In this document: piece after piece, positions 36,401 to 49,500 of the stretch
Numbering within the stretch: position 1 is the first letter of the stretch
Layout of the letters: every line of letters starts with the position of its first letter
Assembly: GCA_030390025.1 (NCBI GenBank)
Contig: JASTWF010000335.1
Location: 186,001-250,000, forward strand
Length of the DNA: 64,000 nucleotides
From: Squalus acanthias
Lineage: Eukaryota
Direction: 5' to 3'
Position numbers and translations under genes: made by a program
The notes under the pieces: generated by a model
What the model was told of the DNA's origin: nothing
What the model saw: the letters and a program-made list of their open reading frames with translations, nothing else
Databases searched by the model: none

Positions 36401-38860
36401 CGACAAGGTCCCACACAAGAGATTGGTGTGCAAAGTTAAAGCACATGGGATTGGGGGTAATGTGTTGACGTGGATTGAGAACTGGTTGGCACACAGGAAA
36501 CAAAGAGTAGGTGTAAATGGGTACTTTTCAGAATGGCAGGCAGTGACCAGCGGGGTACCGCAGGGTTCGGTGCTGGGGCCCCAGCTGTTTACATGATATA
36601 TTAATGATTTGGACGAAGGGATTAATTGTAATATCTCCAAATTTGCGGATGACACTAAATTGGGAGGCAGTGTGAACAATGAGGAGGATGCTAGGAGGCT
36701 ACAGAGTGACTTGGACAGGTTGGGTGAATGGGCAAATGTATGGCAGATGAAGTACAATGTGGATAAATGTGAGGTTATCCACTTTGGTGGTAAAAATAGG
36801 GAGGCAGACTATTACCTGAATGGTGGCAGATTAGGGAAAGGGGAGGTGCAACGAGCCCTGGGCGTCATGGTACATCAGTCACTGAAGGTGGGAAGGCAAG
36901 TGCAGCAGGCAGTCAAGAAAGCAAATGGCATGATGGCCTTCATAGCAAGGGGATTTGAGTACAGGAGTAGGGAGGTGATGCTACAGTTGTACAGGGCCTT
37001 GGTGAGGCCACACCTGGAGTATTGTGTGCAGTTTTGGTCTCCTAACTTGAGGAAGGACATTCTTGCTATTGAGGGAGTGCAGCGAAGGTTCACTAGATTG
37101 ATTCCTGGGATGGCCAGACTGACATATCAAGAAAGACTGGCTCAACTGAACTTGTATCCTCTGGAGTTCAGAAGAATGAGGGGGGATCTTATAGAGACGT
37201 TTAAAATCCTGACTGGTTTAGACAAATTAGATGCGGGCAGAATGTTTCCAATGTTAGTGAAAACTAAAACCAGGGGTCACAGTCTAAGGATAAAGACTGA
37301 GATGAGGAGGAACTTCTTCACCCAGAGAGTGGTGAATCTGTGGAATTCTCTACCACAGAAGGTTGTTGAGGCCAGTTCGCTAAATATATTCAAAAGGGAG
37401 TTAGATATAATACTCACAACTAGGGGGATCAAGGGGTATGGCGAGAAAGCAGGAATGGGGTACTGAGGTAGCATGTTCAGCCATGAACGCATTGAATGAC
37501 GGTGCAGGCTCGAAGGACCGAATGGTCTACTCCTGCACCTATTTTCTATGTTTCTATGAACCCTACACTACTGTACCCTGGATTATTAGCCCTGTAACAT
37601 AACCCCTACACTACTGTACCCTGGATTATTAGTCCAGTAACATGAACCCTACACTACTGTACCCTGGATTATTAGTCTAGTAACATAACCCCTACACTAC
37701 TGTACCCTGGATTATTAGTCCAGTCACATAACCCCTACACTACTGTACCCTGGATTATTAGTCTAGTAACATGACCCCGACACTACTGTACCCTGGATTA
37801 TTAGTCTAGTAACATAACCCCTACACTACTGCACCCTGGATTATTAGTCCAGTAACATAACCACTACACTACTGTACCCTGGATTATTAGTCCAGTAACA
37901 TAACCCCTACACTACTGTACCCTGGATTATTAGTCCAGTCACATAACCCCTACACTACTGTACCCTGGATTATTAGTCCAGTAACATAACCCCTACACTA
38001 CTGTACCCTGGATTATTAGTCCAGGAACATAACCACTACACTACTGTACCCTGGATTATTAGTCCAGTCACATAACCCCTACACTACTGTACCCTGGATT
38101 ATTAGTCCAGTAACATGAACCCTACACTACTGCACCCTGGATTATTAGTCCAGTAACATAACCACTACACTAATGTACCCTGGATTATTAGTCCAGGAAC
38201 ATAACCCCTACACTACTGTACCCTGGATTATTAGTCCAGGAACATAACCACTACACTAATGTACCCTGGATTATTAGTCCAGAAACTACCACTACACTAC
38301 TGCACCCTGGATTATTAGTCCAGTAACATAACCCCGACACTACTGTTCCCTGGATTATTCGTCCAGTAACATGACCTCTACACGACTGTACCCTGGATTA
38401 TTAGTCCAGTAACATGACCCCTACACTACTGTACCCTGGATTATTAGTCCAGTAACATAACCCCTACACTACTGTACCCTGGATTATTAGTCCAGTAACA
38501 TAACCCCTACACGACTGTACCCTGGATTATTAGTCCAGTAACATGACCTCTACATGACTGTACCCTGGATTATTAGTCCAGTAAGATAACCTCTACACTA
38601 CTGTACCCTGGATTATTAGTCCAGTAACATAACCCCGACACTACTGTACCCTGGATTATTAGTCCAGTAACATAACCCCTACACTACTGTACCCTGGATT
38701 ATTAGTCCAGTAACATAACCCCTACACGACTGTACCCTGGATTATTAGTCCAGTAACATAACCCCTACACTACTGTACCCTGGATTATTAGTCCAGTAAC
38801 ATGACCCCTACACTACTGTACCCTGGTTTATTAGTCCAGTAACATGACCTCTACACTACC
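33439..38860 (+). repeat. 43-bp minisatellite (ACTACTGTACCCTGGATTATTAGTCCAGTAACATAACCCCTAC)n split by a CR1
   Basis: Arrays at 33439-34350 and 37557-38860. Confidence 0.95.
34351..37558 (+). mobile_element. CR1 LINE: end of ORF1 plus near-complete, disrupted ORF2 (APE + RT)
   Basis: NARSIRNK, GITETWL, YRPP, GDFN, SDH, FADD; frameshifts near 35970 and 36360; ttctatgtttctatg tail. Confidence 0.95.
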
Positions 38861-38864
38861 ATTG

Positions 38865-39535
38865 AATGATAGAATTTTACAGCAGAGAAGGAGGCCATTC
38901 GGCCCACCGTGCCTCTGCTGGCTCTTTGAAAGAGCTCTCCAATTAGTCCCACAACCCAACTTTTATCCCATAACCCTTCAAATTAGTCCTGTTCAAATAC
39001 ATGTCCAATTGCCTTTTGAAAGTTCCTGTGACATCTGCTTCCACCACCCTTTCAGGTAGTGCGTTCCAGATCGTAACAAGCCTCTGTGTGAAAAAAAATT
39101 TCTCCTCATTTCCACTCTGGTTCTTTTGCCAATTATTTTAAATCTATGGCCTCTGGTTACCGACCCACTTACCAGAGGAAACAGCTTCTCTCTATCTACT
39201 CTATCAAAACCCCTCAGAATTTTGAACACTTCGATCAAATCTCCCCTTAACCTTCTCTGCTCTAAGGAGAACAATCCCAGCTTCTCCAGTCTCTCCACGT
39301 AACTGAAGTCCCTCATCCCTGGTACCATTCTGGTCAATCTCCCCTTAACCTTCTCTGCTCGAAGGAGAACAATCCCAGCTTCTCCAGTCGCTCCACGTAA
39401 CTGAAGTCCCTCATCCCCTGGTACCATTCTGGTCAATCTCCCCTTAACCTTCTCTGCTCTAAGGCGAACAACCACAGCTTCTCTAAGTCTCCCCACATAA
39501 CTGAAGTCCCGCATCTCTGATAAAGCTCCTCTGTA
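38865..39535 (-). mobile_element. CR1 3' fragment with internal triplication of about 98 bp (39240-39515)
   Basis: The unit ctccccttaaccttctctgctc... starts at 39241, 39339 and 39438. Confidence 0.85.
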
Positions 39536-39723
39536 CCGTACCCTGGTTTATTAGTCCAGTCCTCTGGATGACTGGTCCAGTCACGTAACCACTGCAATAC
39601 CCTCCTCACAAATCAAGCCACGATTTAAGGAAGTGCTTCTCGGTAGTGATTGCACCTCTCTGCTCCTGTGACAATGCAACGTGATTTAACACAGCCTTCG
39701 GGAGTGAGGCAGTCTGGACTTAC

Positions 39724-39816
39724 ATGCTTGTAGTACACCAAGCAAACCGGGAAAGTCATGAATAAATTCCACACGCAGAAACCAAGATGCACGCAGGTTA
39801 ATGTCAGTGGCGTTAT
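39724..39816 (-). CDS. MS4A-like exon, TM4 (ITPLTLTCVHLGFCVWNLFMTFPVCLVYYKH)
   Basis: Acceptor gtgttcttttacag, donor GTAAGT, 93 nt, phase 0/0. Hydrophobic helix ending in basic residues, in a unique-sequence island. Confidence 0.78.
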
Positions 39817-39904
39817 CTGTAAAAGAACACAGTTCATGCCATCACTAGCTGTTGTTTCAGCTCCAACATGAGCTGTACTTTCAAGCTCACGTTTCTGAAG
39901 ATCT

Positions 39905-41996
39905 TGTCAGCCGTGGCTCAGTGGGTAGCACTCTCATCTCTGAGTCACAAGGTCAAGGCTTCAAGTCCCACTCCAAAGACTTAAGCCCCATAATCTAGGC
40001 GGACACTCCAGTGCTGAGGGAGCATTGCACTGTCCGAGGGGCAGTACTGAGGGAGCGCAGCACTGTGGGAGGATCAGTACTGAGGGAGCGCCGCACTGTC
40101 GGAGGGACAGTACTGAGGGAGCGCTGCACTGTCGGAGGGGAAGTACTGAGGAAGCGCTGCACTGTCGGAGGGGCAGTACTGAGGGAGCTCTGCACTGTCG
40201 GAGGGGCAGTACTGAGGGAGCTCTGCACTGTCGGAGGGGCAGTACTGAGGGAGCGCTGCACTGTCGGAGGGGCAGTACTGAGGGAGCGCTGCACTGTCGG
40301 AGGGGCAGTACTGAGGGAGCTCTGCACTGTCGGAGGATCAGTACTGAGGGAGCGCCGCACTGTCGGAGGGGCAGTACTGAGGGAGCGTCGCACTGTCGGA
40401 GGGGCAGTACTGAGGGAGCGCTGCACTGTCGGAGGGTCAGTACTGAGGGAGCGCTGCACTGTCGGAGGGGCAGTACTGAGGGAGCGCTGCACTGTCGGAG
40501 GGGCAGTACTGAGGGAGCGCTGCACTGTCAGAGGGGCAGTACTGAGGGAGCGCTGCACTGTCGGAGGGGCAGTACTGAGGGAGCGCTGCACTGTCGGAGG
40601 GGCAGTACTGAGGAAGCGCTGCACTGTCGGAGGGGCTGTACTGAGGGAGCGCTGCACTGTCGGAGGGGCAGTACTGAGGGAGCGCCGCACTGTCGGAGGG
40701 GCAGTACTGAGGAAGCGCTGCACTGTGGGAGGGGCAGTACTGAGGGAGCGCTGCACTGTCGGAGGGGCAGTACTGAGGAAGCGCTGCACTGTCGGAGGAT
40801 CAGTACTGAGGGAGCGCCGCACTTTCGGAGGGGCAGTACTGAGGGAGCGCTGCACTGTCGGAGGGGCAGTGCTGAGGAAGCGCTGCACTGTCGGAGGGGC
40901 AGTACTGAGGAAGCGCTGCACTGTCGGAGGGGCAGTACTGAGGGAGTGCTGCACTGTGGGAGGGGCAGTACTGAGGGAGCGCTGCGCTGTCGGAGGGATA
41001 GTACTGAGGGAGCGCTGCACTGTCAGAGGGGCAGTACTGAGGGAGCGCTGCGCTGTCGGAGGGATAGTACTGAGGGAGCGCTGCACTGTCGGAGGGGCAG
41101 TACTGAGGGAGCGCTGCACTGTCGGAGGGGCTGTACTGAGGGAGCGCTGCACTGTCGGAGGGGCAGTACTGAGGGAGCTCTGCACTGTCGGAGGATCAGT
41201 ACTGAGGGAGCGCCGCACTGTCGGAGGGGCAGTACTGAGGGAGCGTCGCACTGTCGGAGGGGCAGAACTGAGGGAGCGCCGCACTGTCGGAGGGTCAGTA
41301 CTGAGGGAGCGCTGCACTGTCGGAGGGGCAGTACTGAGGGAGCGCTGCACTGTCAGAGGGGCAGTACTGAGGGAGCGCTGCACTGTCGGAGGGGCAGTAC
41401 TGAGGGAGCGCTGCACTGTCGGAGGGGCAGTACTGAGGAAGCGCTGCACTGTCGGAGGGGCTGTACTGAGGGAGCGCTGCACTGTCGGAGGGGCAGTACT
41501 GAGGGAGCGCCGCACTGTCGGAGGGGCAGTACTGAGGAAGCGCTGCACTGTGGGAGGGGCAGTACTGAGGGAGCGCTGCACTGTCGGAGGGGCAGTACTG
41601 AGGAAGCGCTGCACTGTCGGAGGATCAGTACTGAGGGAGCGCCGCACTTTCGGAGGGGCAGTACTGAGGGAGCGCTGCACTGTCGGAGGGGCAGTGCTGA
41701 GGAAGCGCTGCACTGTCGGAGGGGCAGTACTGAGGGATCGCTGCACTGTCAGAGGGGCAGTACTGAGGGAGCACTGCACTGTCGGAGGGGCAGTACTGAG
41801 GGAGCGCTGCACTGTGGGAGGGGCAGTACTGAGGGAGCGCTGCGCTGTCGGAGGGATAGTACTGAGGGAGCGCTGCACTGTCGGAGGGGCAGTACTGAGG
41901 GAGCGCTGCACTGTCGGAGGGGCAGTACTGAGGGAGCGCTGCACTGTCGGAGGGTCAGTACTGAGGGAGCGCTGCACTGTCGGAGGGGCAGTACTG
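39905..41996 (+). repeat. DeuSINE-like tRNA head followed by about 60 units of the 33-bp minisatellite
   Basis: A-box-like TGGCTCAGTGG at about 39914; tandem units 40010-41996. Confidence 0.93.
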
Positions 41997-42147
41997 GAGG
42001 TGCGATTAACTGTAATGGGTGAAGTAAAAGGGGAGGGGAATGGGGTTGGAAGTTTGTTCGTGAAAGGGGGGCATTGCCGCCTGCAGGTGGGGCTTGGCTG
42101 AAACCAACCTGCCTGTAACGCTCCGGGGTGGGGAGTGAATCACTTAC

Positions 42148-42261
42148 CGGGAGGAAGTCTATGATGAGCATGGAGGAGAGGCTGGTCGATATGCCGTAGA
42201 TGCAGCTGGCGATCAATGTGCTGGTGACGTGAATGCTGTTAATCACTAGCGTGGTCTTTTT
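42148..42261 (-). CDS. MS4A-like exon, TM3 (KKTTLVINSIHVTSTLIASCIYGISTSLSSMLIIDFLP)
   Basis: Acceptor tgtgtttccag, donor GTAAGT, 114 nt, phase 0/0, hydrophobic, LxxN motif as in MS4A TM3 (SLGMN). Confidence 0.85.
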
Positions 42262-42409
42262 CTGGAAACACAAAGCACCAGAACAGCATGGTCAACCTCC
42301 AAACAGGCCACATCCCCAAACAGGCCACAGCCCCTGTTGCAAGTCCTGTCTGTCGCAGGTCCTTGCCCCATCATGAGGCCACGCCCCGTTGTGAGGGGCC
42401 CGCCCCTGC

Positions 42410-44195
42410 CCCGAGGCCGCGCCCCTGGGACACCGTCCCTCCCCGAGGCCCCGCCCCTGCCTGAGGCCCCGCCCCTGAGACACCGCCCCTCCCAGAGGCC
42501 TCGCCCCTGAGACACCGTCCCTCCCCGAGGCCCCGCCCCTGAGACACTGTCCCCCCCGAGGCCCCGCCCCTGAGACACCGCCCCTCCCCGAGGCCCCGCC
42601 CCTGAGACACTGTCCCCCCCGAGGCCCCGCCCCTGAGACACTGTCCCCCCCGAGGCCCCGCCCCTGAGACACCGCCCCTCCCCGAGGCCCCGCCCCTGAG
42701 ACACCGCCACTCCCCGAGGCCCCGCCCCTGAGACACCGCCCCTCCCCGAGGCCCCGCCCCTGAGACAGTGTCCCTCCCCGAGGCCCCGCCCCTGAGACAC
42801 TGTCCCTCCCCGAGGCCCCGCCCCTGAGACAGTGTCCCTCCCCGAGGCCCCGCCCCTGAGACACTGTCCCCCCCGAGGCCCCGCCCCTGAGACACTGTCC
42901 CCCCCGAGGCCCCGCCCCTGAGACACCGCCCCTCCCCGAGGCCCCGCCCCTGAGACAGTGTCCCTCCCCGAGGCCCCGCCCCTGAGACACCGCCCCTCCC
43001 CGAGGCCCCGCCCCTGAGACACTGTCCCCCCCGAGGCCCCGCCCCTGAGACACTGTCCCCCCCCGAGGCCCCGCCCCGAGACACCGCCCCTCCCCGAGGC
43101 CCCGCCCCTGAGACACCGCCCCTCCCCGAGGCCCCGCCCCTGAGACACCGCCCCTCCCCGAGGCCCCGCCCCTGAGACACCGCCACTCCCCGAGGCCCCG
43201 CCCCTGAGACAGTGTCCCTCCCCGAGGCCCCGCCCCTGAGACACTGTCCCCCCCGAGGCCCCGCCCCTGAGACACCGCCCCTCCCCGAGGCCTCGCCCGA
43301 GACACCGACCCTCCCCGAGGCCCCGCCCCTGAGACACCGACCCTCCCCGAGGCCCCGCCCCTGAGACACTGTCCCCCCCGAGGCCCCGCCCGAGACACCG
43401 CCCCTCCCCGAGGCCCCGCCCGAGACACCGCCCCTCCCCGAGGCCCCGCCCGAGACACCGCCCCTCCCCGAGGCCCCGCCCGAGACACCGCCCCTCCCCG
43501 AGGCCCCGCCCCTGAGACACCGACCCTCCCCGAGGCCCCGCCCCTGAGCCACCGTCCCTCCCCGAGGCCCCGCCCCTGAGACAGTGTCCCTCCCCGAGGC
43601 CCCGCCCCTGAGACAGTGTCCCTCCCCGAGGCCCCGCCCCTGAGACACCGCCCCTCCCCGAGGCCCCACCCCTGAGACACCGTCCCTCCCCGAGGCCCCG
43701 CCCCTGAGACACCGTCCCTCCCCGAGGCCCCGCCCCTGAGCCACTGTCCCCCCTGAGGCCCCGCCCCTGAGACACCGACCCTCCCCGAGGCCCCGCCCCT
43801 GAGCCACCGTCCCTCCCCGAGGCCCCGCCCCTGAGACACCGCCCCTCCCCGAGGCCTCGCCCCTGCCTGAGCCCCCGCCCCCGAGCTCCCCCTCANNNNN
43901 NNNNNNNNNNNNNNNNNNNNNNNNNNNNNNNNNNNNNNNNNNNNNNNNNNNNNNNNNNNNNNNNNNNNNNNNNNNNNNNNNNNNNNNNNNNNNNNNNNNN
44001 NNNNNNNNNNNNNNNNNNNNNNNNNNNNNNNNNNNNNNNNNNNNNNNNNNNNNNNNNNNNNNNNNNNNNNNNNNNNNNNNNNNNNNNNNNNNNNNCCCCC
44101 TCACCGAGGCCCCGTCCCTCCCCGAGGCCCCGCCCCTGCCTGAGGCCACGCCCTTGCCTGAGGCCACGCCCCTCACTGAGGCCCCGCCCCTGCCC
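42410..44195 (+). repeat. GC-rich 30-32-bp minisatellite (GAGGCCCCGCCCCTGAGACACCGCCCCTCCCC)n spanning a gap
   Basis: Tandem units; related degenerate tract at about 57145-57470. Confidence 0.95.
43896..44095. other. Assembly gap (200 N)
   Basis: N run. Confidence 1.
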
Positions 44196-44406
44196 CAAGG
44201 TCCTGGGCACCCAGTTCCAAAACAAGTGGAAACATCTTCTCTCCGTCTACCCTCCCGAACCCCTTCATAATCTTAAAATACCTCGATCAGGTCACCCCCT
44301 TAGCCTTCCATTTTCTGGAGAAAAGAGCCTCCAGCCTGTTCAACCTTTCCCGATTGTTATTGTAACTTACAGCACAGATAGGAGACGCTCTCAGCTCAAT
44401 ACTTAC

Positions 44407-44463
44407 AAACTCCTCTGTGGGCGCATCAGCACAATGAACCGTGACCGCTCCTGAAATAATAGA
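44407..44463 (-). CDS. MS4A-like exon, end of TM2 (SIISGAVTVHCADAPTEEF)
   Basis: Acceptor ccctcctctag, donor GTAAGT, 57 nt, phase 0/0. The IISG motif aligns with the 19-residue CD20 segment YIISGSLLAATEKNSRKCL. Confidence 0.88.
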
Positions 44464-44489
44464 CTAGAGGAGGGTGGGTGGAAAGGGAC

Positions 44490-44905
44490 ACATGGATTAA
44501 TATCATTACTGGACTAATAATCCGGACAACGCGAGGTCAAATCCACCGCCGCAGTTTCAGAATCGGAATTAAGTTTTGGAAAAAAAAAATCGGGAAATAC
44601 AAAGTTGGTCTGGGTAAAAGTGACGATGAGGCTGTGGGATTGTCATAAAAACCCAACAGGTTCACTAGCTGTCCCTTTAGGGGAAGGGAAACTGCCAGAA
44701 ACTGCCTATATGTGATTCCAGTACCCCACTCAATGTTGGTTCACTCTAAACTGCCCCTCTGAAGTGGCCACTTCATTGCATCTATCGAAACTGCTGCCCA
44801 GTAGGTTCAAGAAGGCTCACCACCACCTTCTCAGGGGGCAACTAGGGGATGGGCAATAAATGCCAGCTTTGGCCAGCGACGCCCACATCCCGAGAATGAA
44901 TTCTC
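44490..44905 (+). mobile_element. Degenerate tRNA-derived SINE with LINE-derived tail
   Basis: Tail ...gggcaataaatgcc...gcccacatccc matches the LINE 3' end at 1870-1990 (-). Confidence 0.65.
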
Positions 44906-45084
44906 ATTCATGAGGAGGTGTCCCACAGCAACTCGATCGAAAGTGAATGAGGATTGTGGCTTCAGAGCAGCCCCAGAGAGTCAATCCAGAACTGCTGCCT
45001 CCTGAAAAATTGTACTATGTGTGTCTTCTCCTCAATCTCAAATGGGACAGGTTATCTTAAACTTACAACGAACCTTGGTTAGAC

Positions 45085-45730
45085 CACACTGGGAGTACTG
45101 TGCACAGTTCTAGTCTCCATATCACACTTGGAGTTACTGTACACAGTTCCGGTCTCCATATCACACTTGGAGTTACTGTGCACAGTTCTAGTCTCCATAT
45201 CACACTTGGAGTTACTGTGCACAGTTCTGGTCTCCATATCACACTTGGAGTTACTGTGCACAGTTCTGGTCTCCATATCACACTTGGAGTTACTGTGCAC
45301 AGTTCTGGTCTCCATATCACACTTGGAGTTACTGTGCACAGTTCTGGTCTCCATATCACACTTGGAGTTACTGTGCACAGTTCTGGTCTCCATATCACAC
45401 TTGGAGTTACTGTGCACAGTTCTGGTCTCCATATCACACTTGGAGTTACTGTGCACAGTTCTGGTCTTAATATCACACTTGGAGTTACTGTGCACAGTTC
45501 TGGTCTCCATATCACACTTGGAGTTACTGTGCACAGTTCTGGTCTCCATATCACACTTGGAGTTACTGTGCACAGTTCTGGTCTTAATATCACACTTGGA
45601 ATACTGTGCACAGTCCTGGTCTTAATATCACACTTGGAGTTACTGTGCACAGTTCTAGTCTCCATATCACACTGGGAGTACTGTGCACAGTTCTGGTCTC
45701 CATATTACACTTGGAGTATTGCGCACAGTC
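45085..45730 (+). repeat. 39-bp minisatellite derived from CR1 ORF2 (CACACTTGGAGTTACTGTGCACAGTTCTGGTCTCCATAT)n
   Basis: The unit corresponds to the HLEYCAQFWSPY-coding segment and is preceded by ttggttagaccacac. Confidence 0.92.
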
Positions 45731-45964
45731 ATCTGGTGCAAGAAGAAGGCCCACCTCCAACTTCTCAGGGGACAAGCTAGGGAATGGGGCAATAAAGGCC
45801 GGCCTTGCCAGCGACGCCTGCACATTCCCTGAGATTGATTTTAAATCATCGGGTCACGTATTTCCTCTTTAACTTTCGCTGACCCTGAACGCACCGCGAC
45901 GGATTCAAGCCCAGAGAACACGGTTGGTTGGTGGTGTCAGTGGAGGTACGTTTGACATGATTGT

Positions 45965-46302
45965 GACAGGCTGTTTCCCCCTGGCTGAAGAATCCAGAAC
46001 TAGGGGTCATGGTCTCAGGAGAAGGGGTCGGCCATTTAGGAGTGAGATGAGGAGAAATTTCTTCACTTAGAGGGTTGTGAATCTTTGGATTTGCCTCCCC
46101 CAGAGGGCTGTGGATGCTCAGTCGTTGAGTATATTCAAGACTGAGATCGATAGATTTTTTGGGACACTGAGGGATTCGAGGCATATGGGGATCGGGCGGG
46201 AAAGTGGAGTTGAGTTAGAAGATCAGCCATGATCTCAATGAATGGAAGAGCAGGCTCGAAGGGCCGAATGGCCTGCTCCTGCTCTTATTTCTTATGTTCT
46301 TA
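45965..46302 (+). mobile_element. CR1 3' end
   Basis: 3' UTR and cttatgttctta tail. Confidence 0.85.
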
Positions 46303-46544
46303 TTCCTCCTCGAACACGGGCACCACTGACCCAATTGTTTTCAATGGATGAATGTCCCATGTTTTACCAGTTAACGCCGCACAAAGCACGCTAGGGGTTG
46401 GCTCCCTGACACAGCGCACAGTAATATCTAGGCTGGCACGAGCTACTGGGGGTGGTGGAATTCGTGTTTGCCGGTATAGCGATTCGGGACACAGCAAAGC
46501 GGCAAGTTTACACCGAGGCAAGGTTGCTGCGGAAACCCTCATTG

Positions 46545-49500
46545 GTGAATGTCACCTCCAACTATTCCGGCCTCCCACCTTTCGTAAACTTGTGCTCATC
46601 CGAAACTCTGCTGCCCCGTATCCTAACTCACGCCAAGACCCGTTCACCCATCACCTCCCCCTGTGCTCACTGATCTACACTGGCTCCCAGTCTGGCAATG
46701 CCTCCACTTTAAAATTCGCATCCTTGTGTTCAAATCCCTCCATGGGGAGGGTTTAAACTGAAGTGGCAGGGGGTTGGGCACCTGAGCAGGGAGACAGAGG
46801 AAAGCGTGTCAGGAAGGGACAGAGGTGTGGAGTAAAAGGTAAAGTGTTAAAAAAGGAAAAAGCAGGAACTAACTGTCACAAAACATATTTGAAAGTTCTC
46901 TATCTGAATGCATGTAGCATTCGTAACAAAATGGACGAGTTAACGGCACAAATAACTACGTATGGGTATGATCTTGTGGCCATTACAGAAACATGGCTGC
47001 AGGGTGACAACGACTGGGAACTAAATATGCCAGGGTATTTAACAATCAGGAAGGACAGGCAGGAAGGAAGGGGAGGTGGGGTGGCTATGTTAATAAAGGA
47101 AGGAATCACTGTAATACAGAGAAATGATATTGGGTCAAAGGATCAGGATAATGAAACAGTTTGGGTGGAGATAAGGAATAATAAGGGGAAAAAAACACTA
47201 GTGGCAGTAGTATATAGGCCTCCTAATAGTTGCAACTCTGCTGGAAGAAGTATTAATCAGGAAATAGTTGGGGCATGTAATAAGGGAACAGCTATAATTA
47301 TGGAGGATCTTAACTATCATATTAACTGGACAAATCAAATTGGACAGGGCAGCCTTGAGGAAGAGTTTATTGAGTGTATTCGGGATGGATTTCTTGAGCA
47401 GGATGTAACTGATCCTACAAGGGGGCAAGCAACCTTGGACCTGGTCCTTTGTAATGAGTCAGGATTAATTAATAATGTCCTAGTTAAGGAACCCTTGGAA
47501 TGAGAGACCATAACATGGTTGAATTCCATATCCAATTAGAGGGTGAGAAGGTTGGTTCTCAAACAAGCGTACTGAGCTTGAATAAAGGAGACTATGATGG
47601 TATGAGAGCGGAATTGATTAAAGTGGACTGGGAAAATAGATTAAAGGGTAAGACGGTACATGAGCAGTGGTGTTCATTTAAGGAGTTATTTTACAACTTT
47701 CAAAAGAAATATATTCCACTGAGGAAAAAAGGGTGTAAAATAAATGACAGCCATCCGTGGCTAAGTAAAGTAATTAAGGATAGTATCCGACTAAAAACAA
47801 GGACATATAAGGTAGCCAAACTTAGTGGGAGGATAGAAGATTGGGAAGTCTTCAAAAGACAGCAAAAAGTAACTAAAGGATTGATTAAGAAAGGGAAGAT
47901 AGATTATGAAAATAAATTAGCAAAAAATATAAAAACAGATAGCAAGAGTTTCTATAGTTATATAAAAAGAAAAAGGGTGGCTAAGGCAAACGCAGGTCCC
48001 TTAGAGGATGAGACCGGGAAATTAATGGTGGGAAACATGGAGATGGCAAAAATGCTGAACAAATATTTTGTTCCAGTCTTTACGGTAGAGGACACGAACA
48101 ATATCCCAACACTGGACAAACAGGGGGCTCTAGGGGGGGAGGAGCTAAATACGATTAAAATCACTAAGGAATTGGTACTCAGTAAAATAATGGGACTCAA
48201 GGCGGATAAATCCCCTGGACCTGATGGCTTACATCCTAGGGTCTTGAGGGAAGTGGCAGTAGGGATTGTGGATGCTTTGGTAAAAATTTCCAAAATTCCC
48301 TGGACTCAGCAAAGGTCCCGGCAGATTGGAAAACTGCTAATGTAACACCCTTATTTAGAAAGGGTAGTAGGCAGAAGGCTGGAAATTATAGACCAGTTAG
48401 CCTAACATCTGTGGTGGGTAAAATTTTGGAGTCTATTATTAAGGAGACAGTAACGGAACATTTAGATAAACATAATTTAATAGGACAAAGTCAGCATGGC
48501 TTTATGAAGGGGAAGTCATGTCTGACAAATTTGCTTGAGTTCTTTGAGGACATAACGTACAGGGTGGATAAAGGGGAACCAGTGGACGTAGTGTATTTAG
48601 ACTTCCAGAAGGCATTCGACAAGGTGCCACATAAAAGATTATGGCTCAAGATAAAATATCACTGGATTGGGGGTAATATTCTGGCATGGGTGGAGGATTG
48701 GTTATCTAACAGGAAGCAGAGAGTTGGGATAAATGGTTCATTCTCGGACTGGCAACCAGTAGCCAGTGGTGTTCCGCAAGGGTCGGTGCTGGGTCCCCAA
48801 CTCTTTACAATCTATATTAACGATTTGGAGGAGGGGACCGAGTGTAACATATCAACGTTTGCAGATGATACAAAGATGGGAGGGAAAGTAGAAAGTGAGG
48901 AGGACATAAAAAACCTACAAGGGGATATAGACAGGCTGGGTGAGTGGGCGGAGATTTGGCAGATGCAATACAATATTGGAAAATGTGAGGTTATGCACTT
49001 TGGCAGGAAAAATCAGAGAGCAAGTTATTGTCTTAATGGCGAGAAACTGGAAAGTACTGCAGTACAAAGGGATCTGGGGGTCCTAGTGCAAGAAAATCAA
49101 AAAGTTAGTATACAGATGCAGCAGGTGATCAAGAAGGCCAACGGAATGTTGGCTTTTATTGCTAGGGGGATAGATTATAAAAACAGGGAGGTATTGCTGC
49201 AGTTATATAAGGTATTGGTGAGACCGCACCTGGAATACTGCATACAGTTTTGGTGTCCATACTTAAGAAAAGACATACTTGCTCTCGAGGCAGTACAAAG
49301 AAGGTTCACTCGGTTAATCCCGGGGATGAGGGGGTGGACATATGAGGAGAGGTTGAGTAGATTGGGACTCTACTCATTGGAGTTCAGAAGAATGAGAGGC
49401 GATCTTATTGAAACAAAAAGATTGTGAAGGGGCTTGATCGGGTGGATGCGGTAAGGATGTTCCCAAGGATGGGTGAAACTAGAACTAGGGGGCATAATCT

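Noticed and set aside
34558..37466. Intact autonomous CR1
   Set aside because: ORF2 has frameshifts and a stop, and ORF1 is truncated; the copy at 46746-49890 is likewise disrupted.
39600..39665. Next MS4A exon (EQRGAITTEKHFLKSWLDL*)
   Set aside because: Would require a 58-nt intron, shorter than is typical for vertebrates.
39995..44176. Mucin-like, Cys-rich or Gly/Arg-rich ORFs of 500-700 aa
   Set aside because: Open on both strands or in multiple frames because of repeat units; they lie in MS4A introns and one spans Ns.
33439..45730. CRISPR-like arrays (33-43 bp periodic repeats)
   Set aside because: Head-to-tail units with no unique spacers, no cas genes, and a vertebrate TE context.
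46300..46542. Possible extra exon or 80-aa ORF
   Set aside because: Phase 1/1 is incompatible with the flanking phase-0 MS4A exons and there is no recognisable homology.
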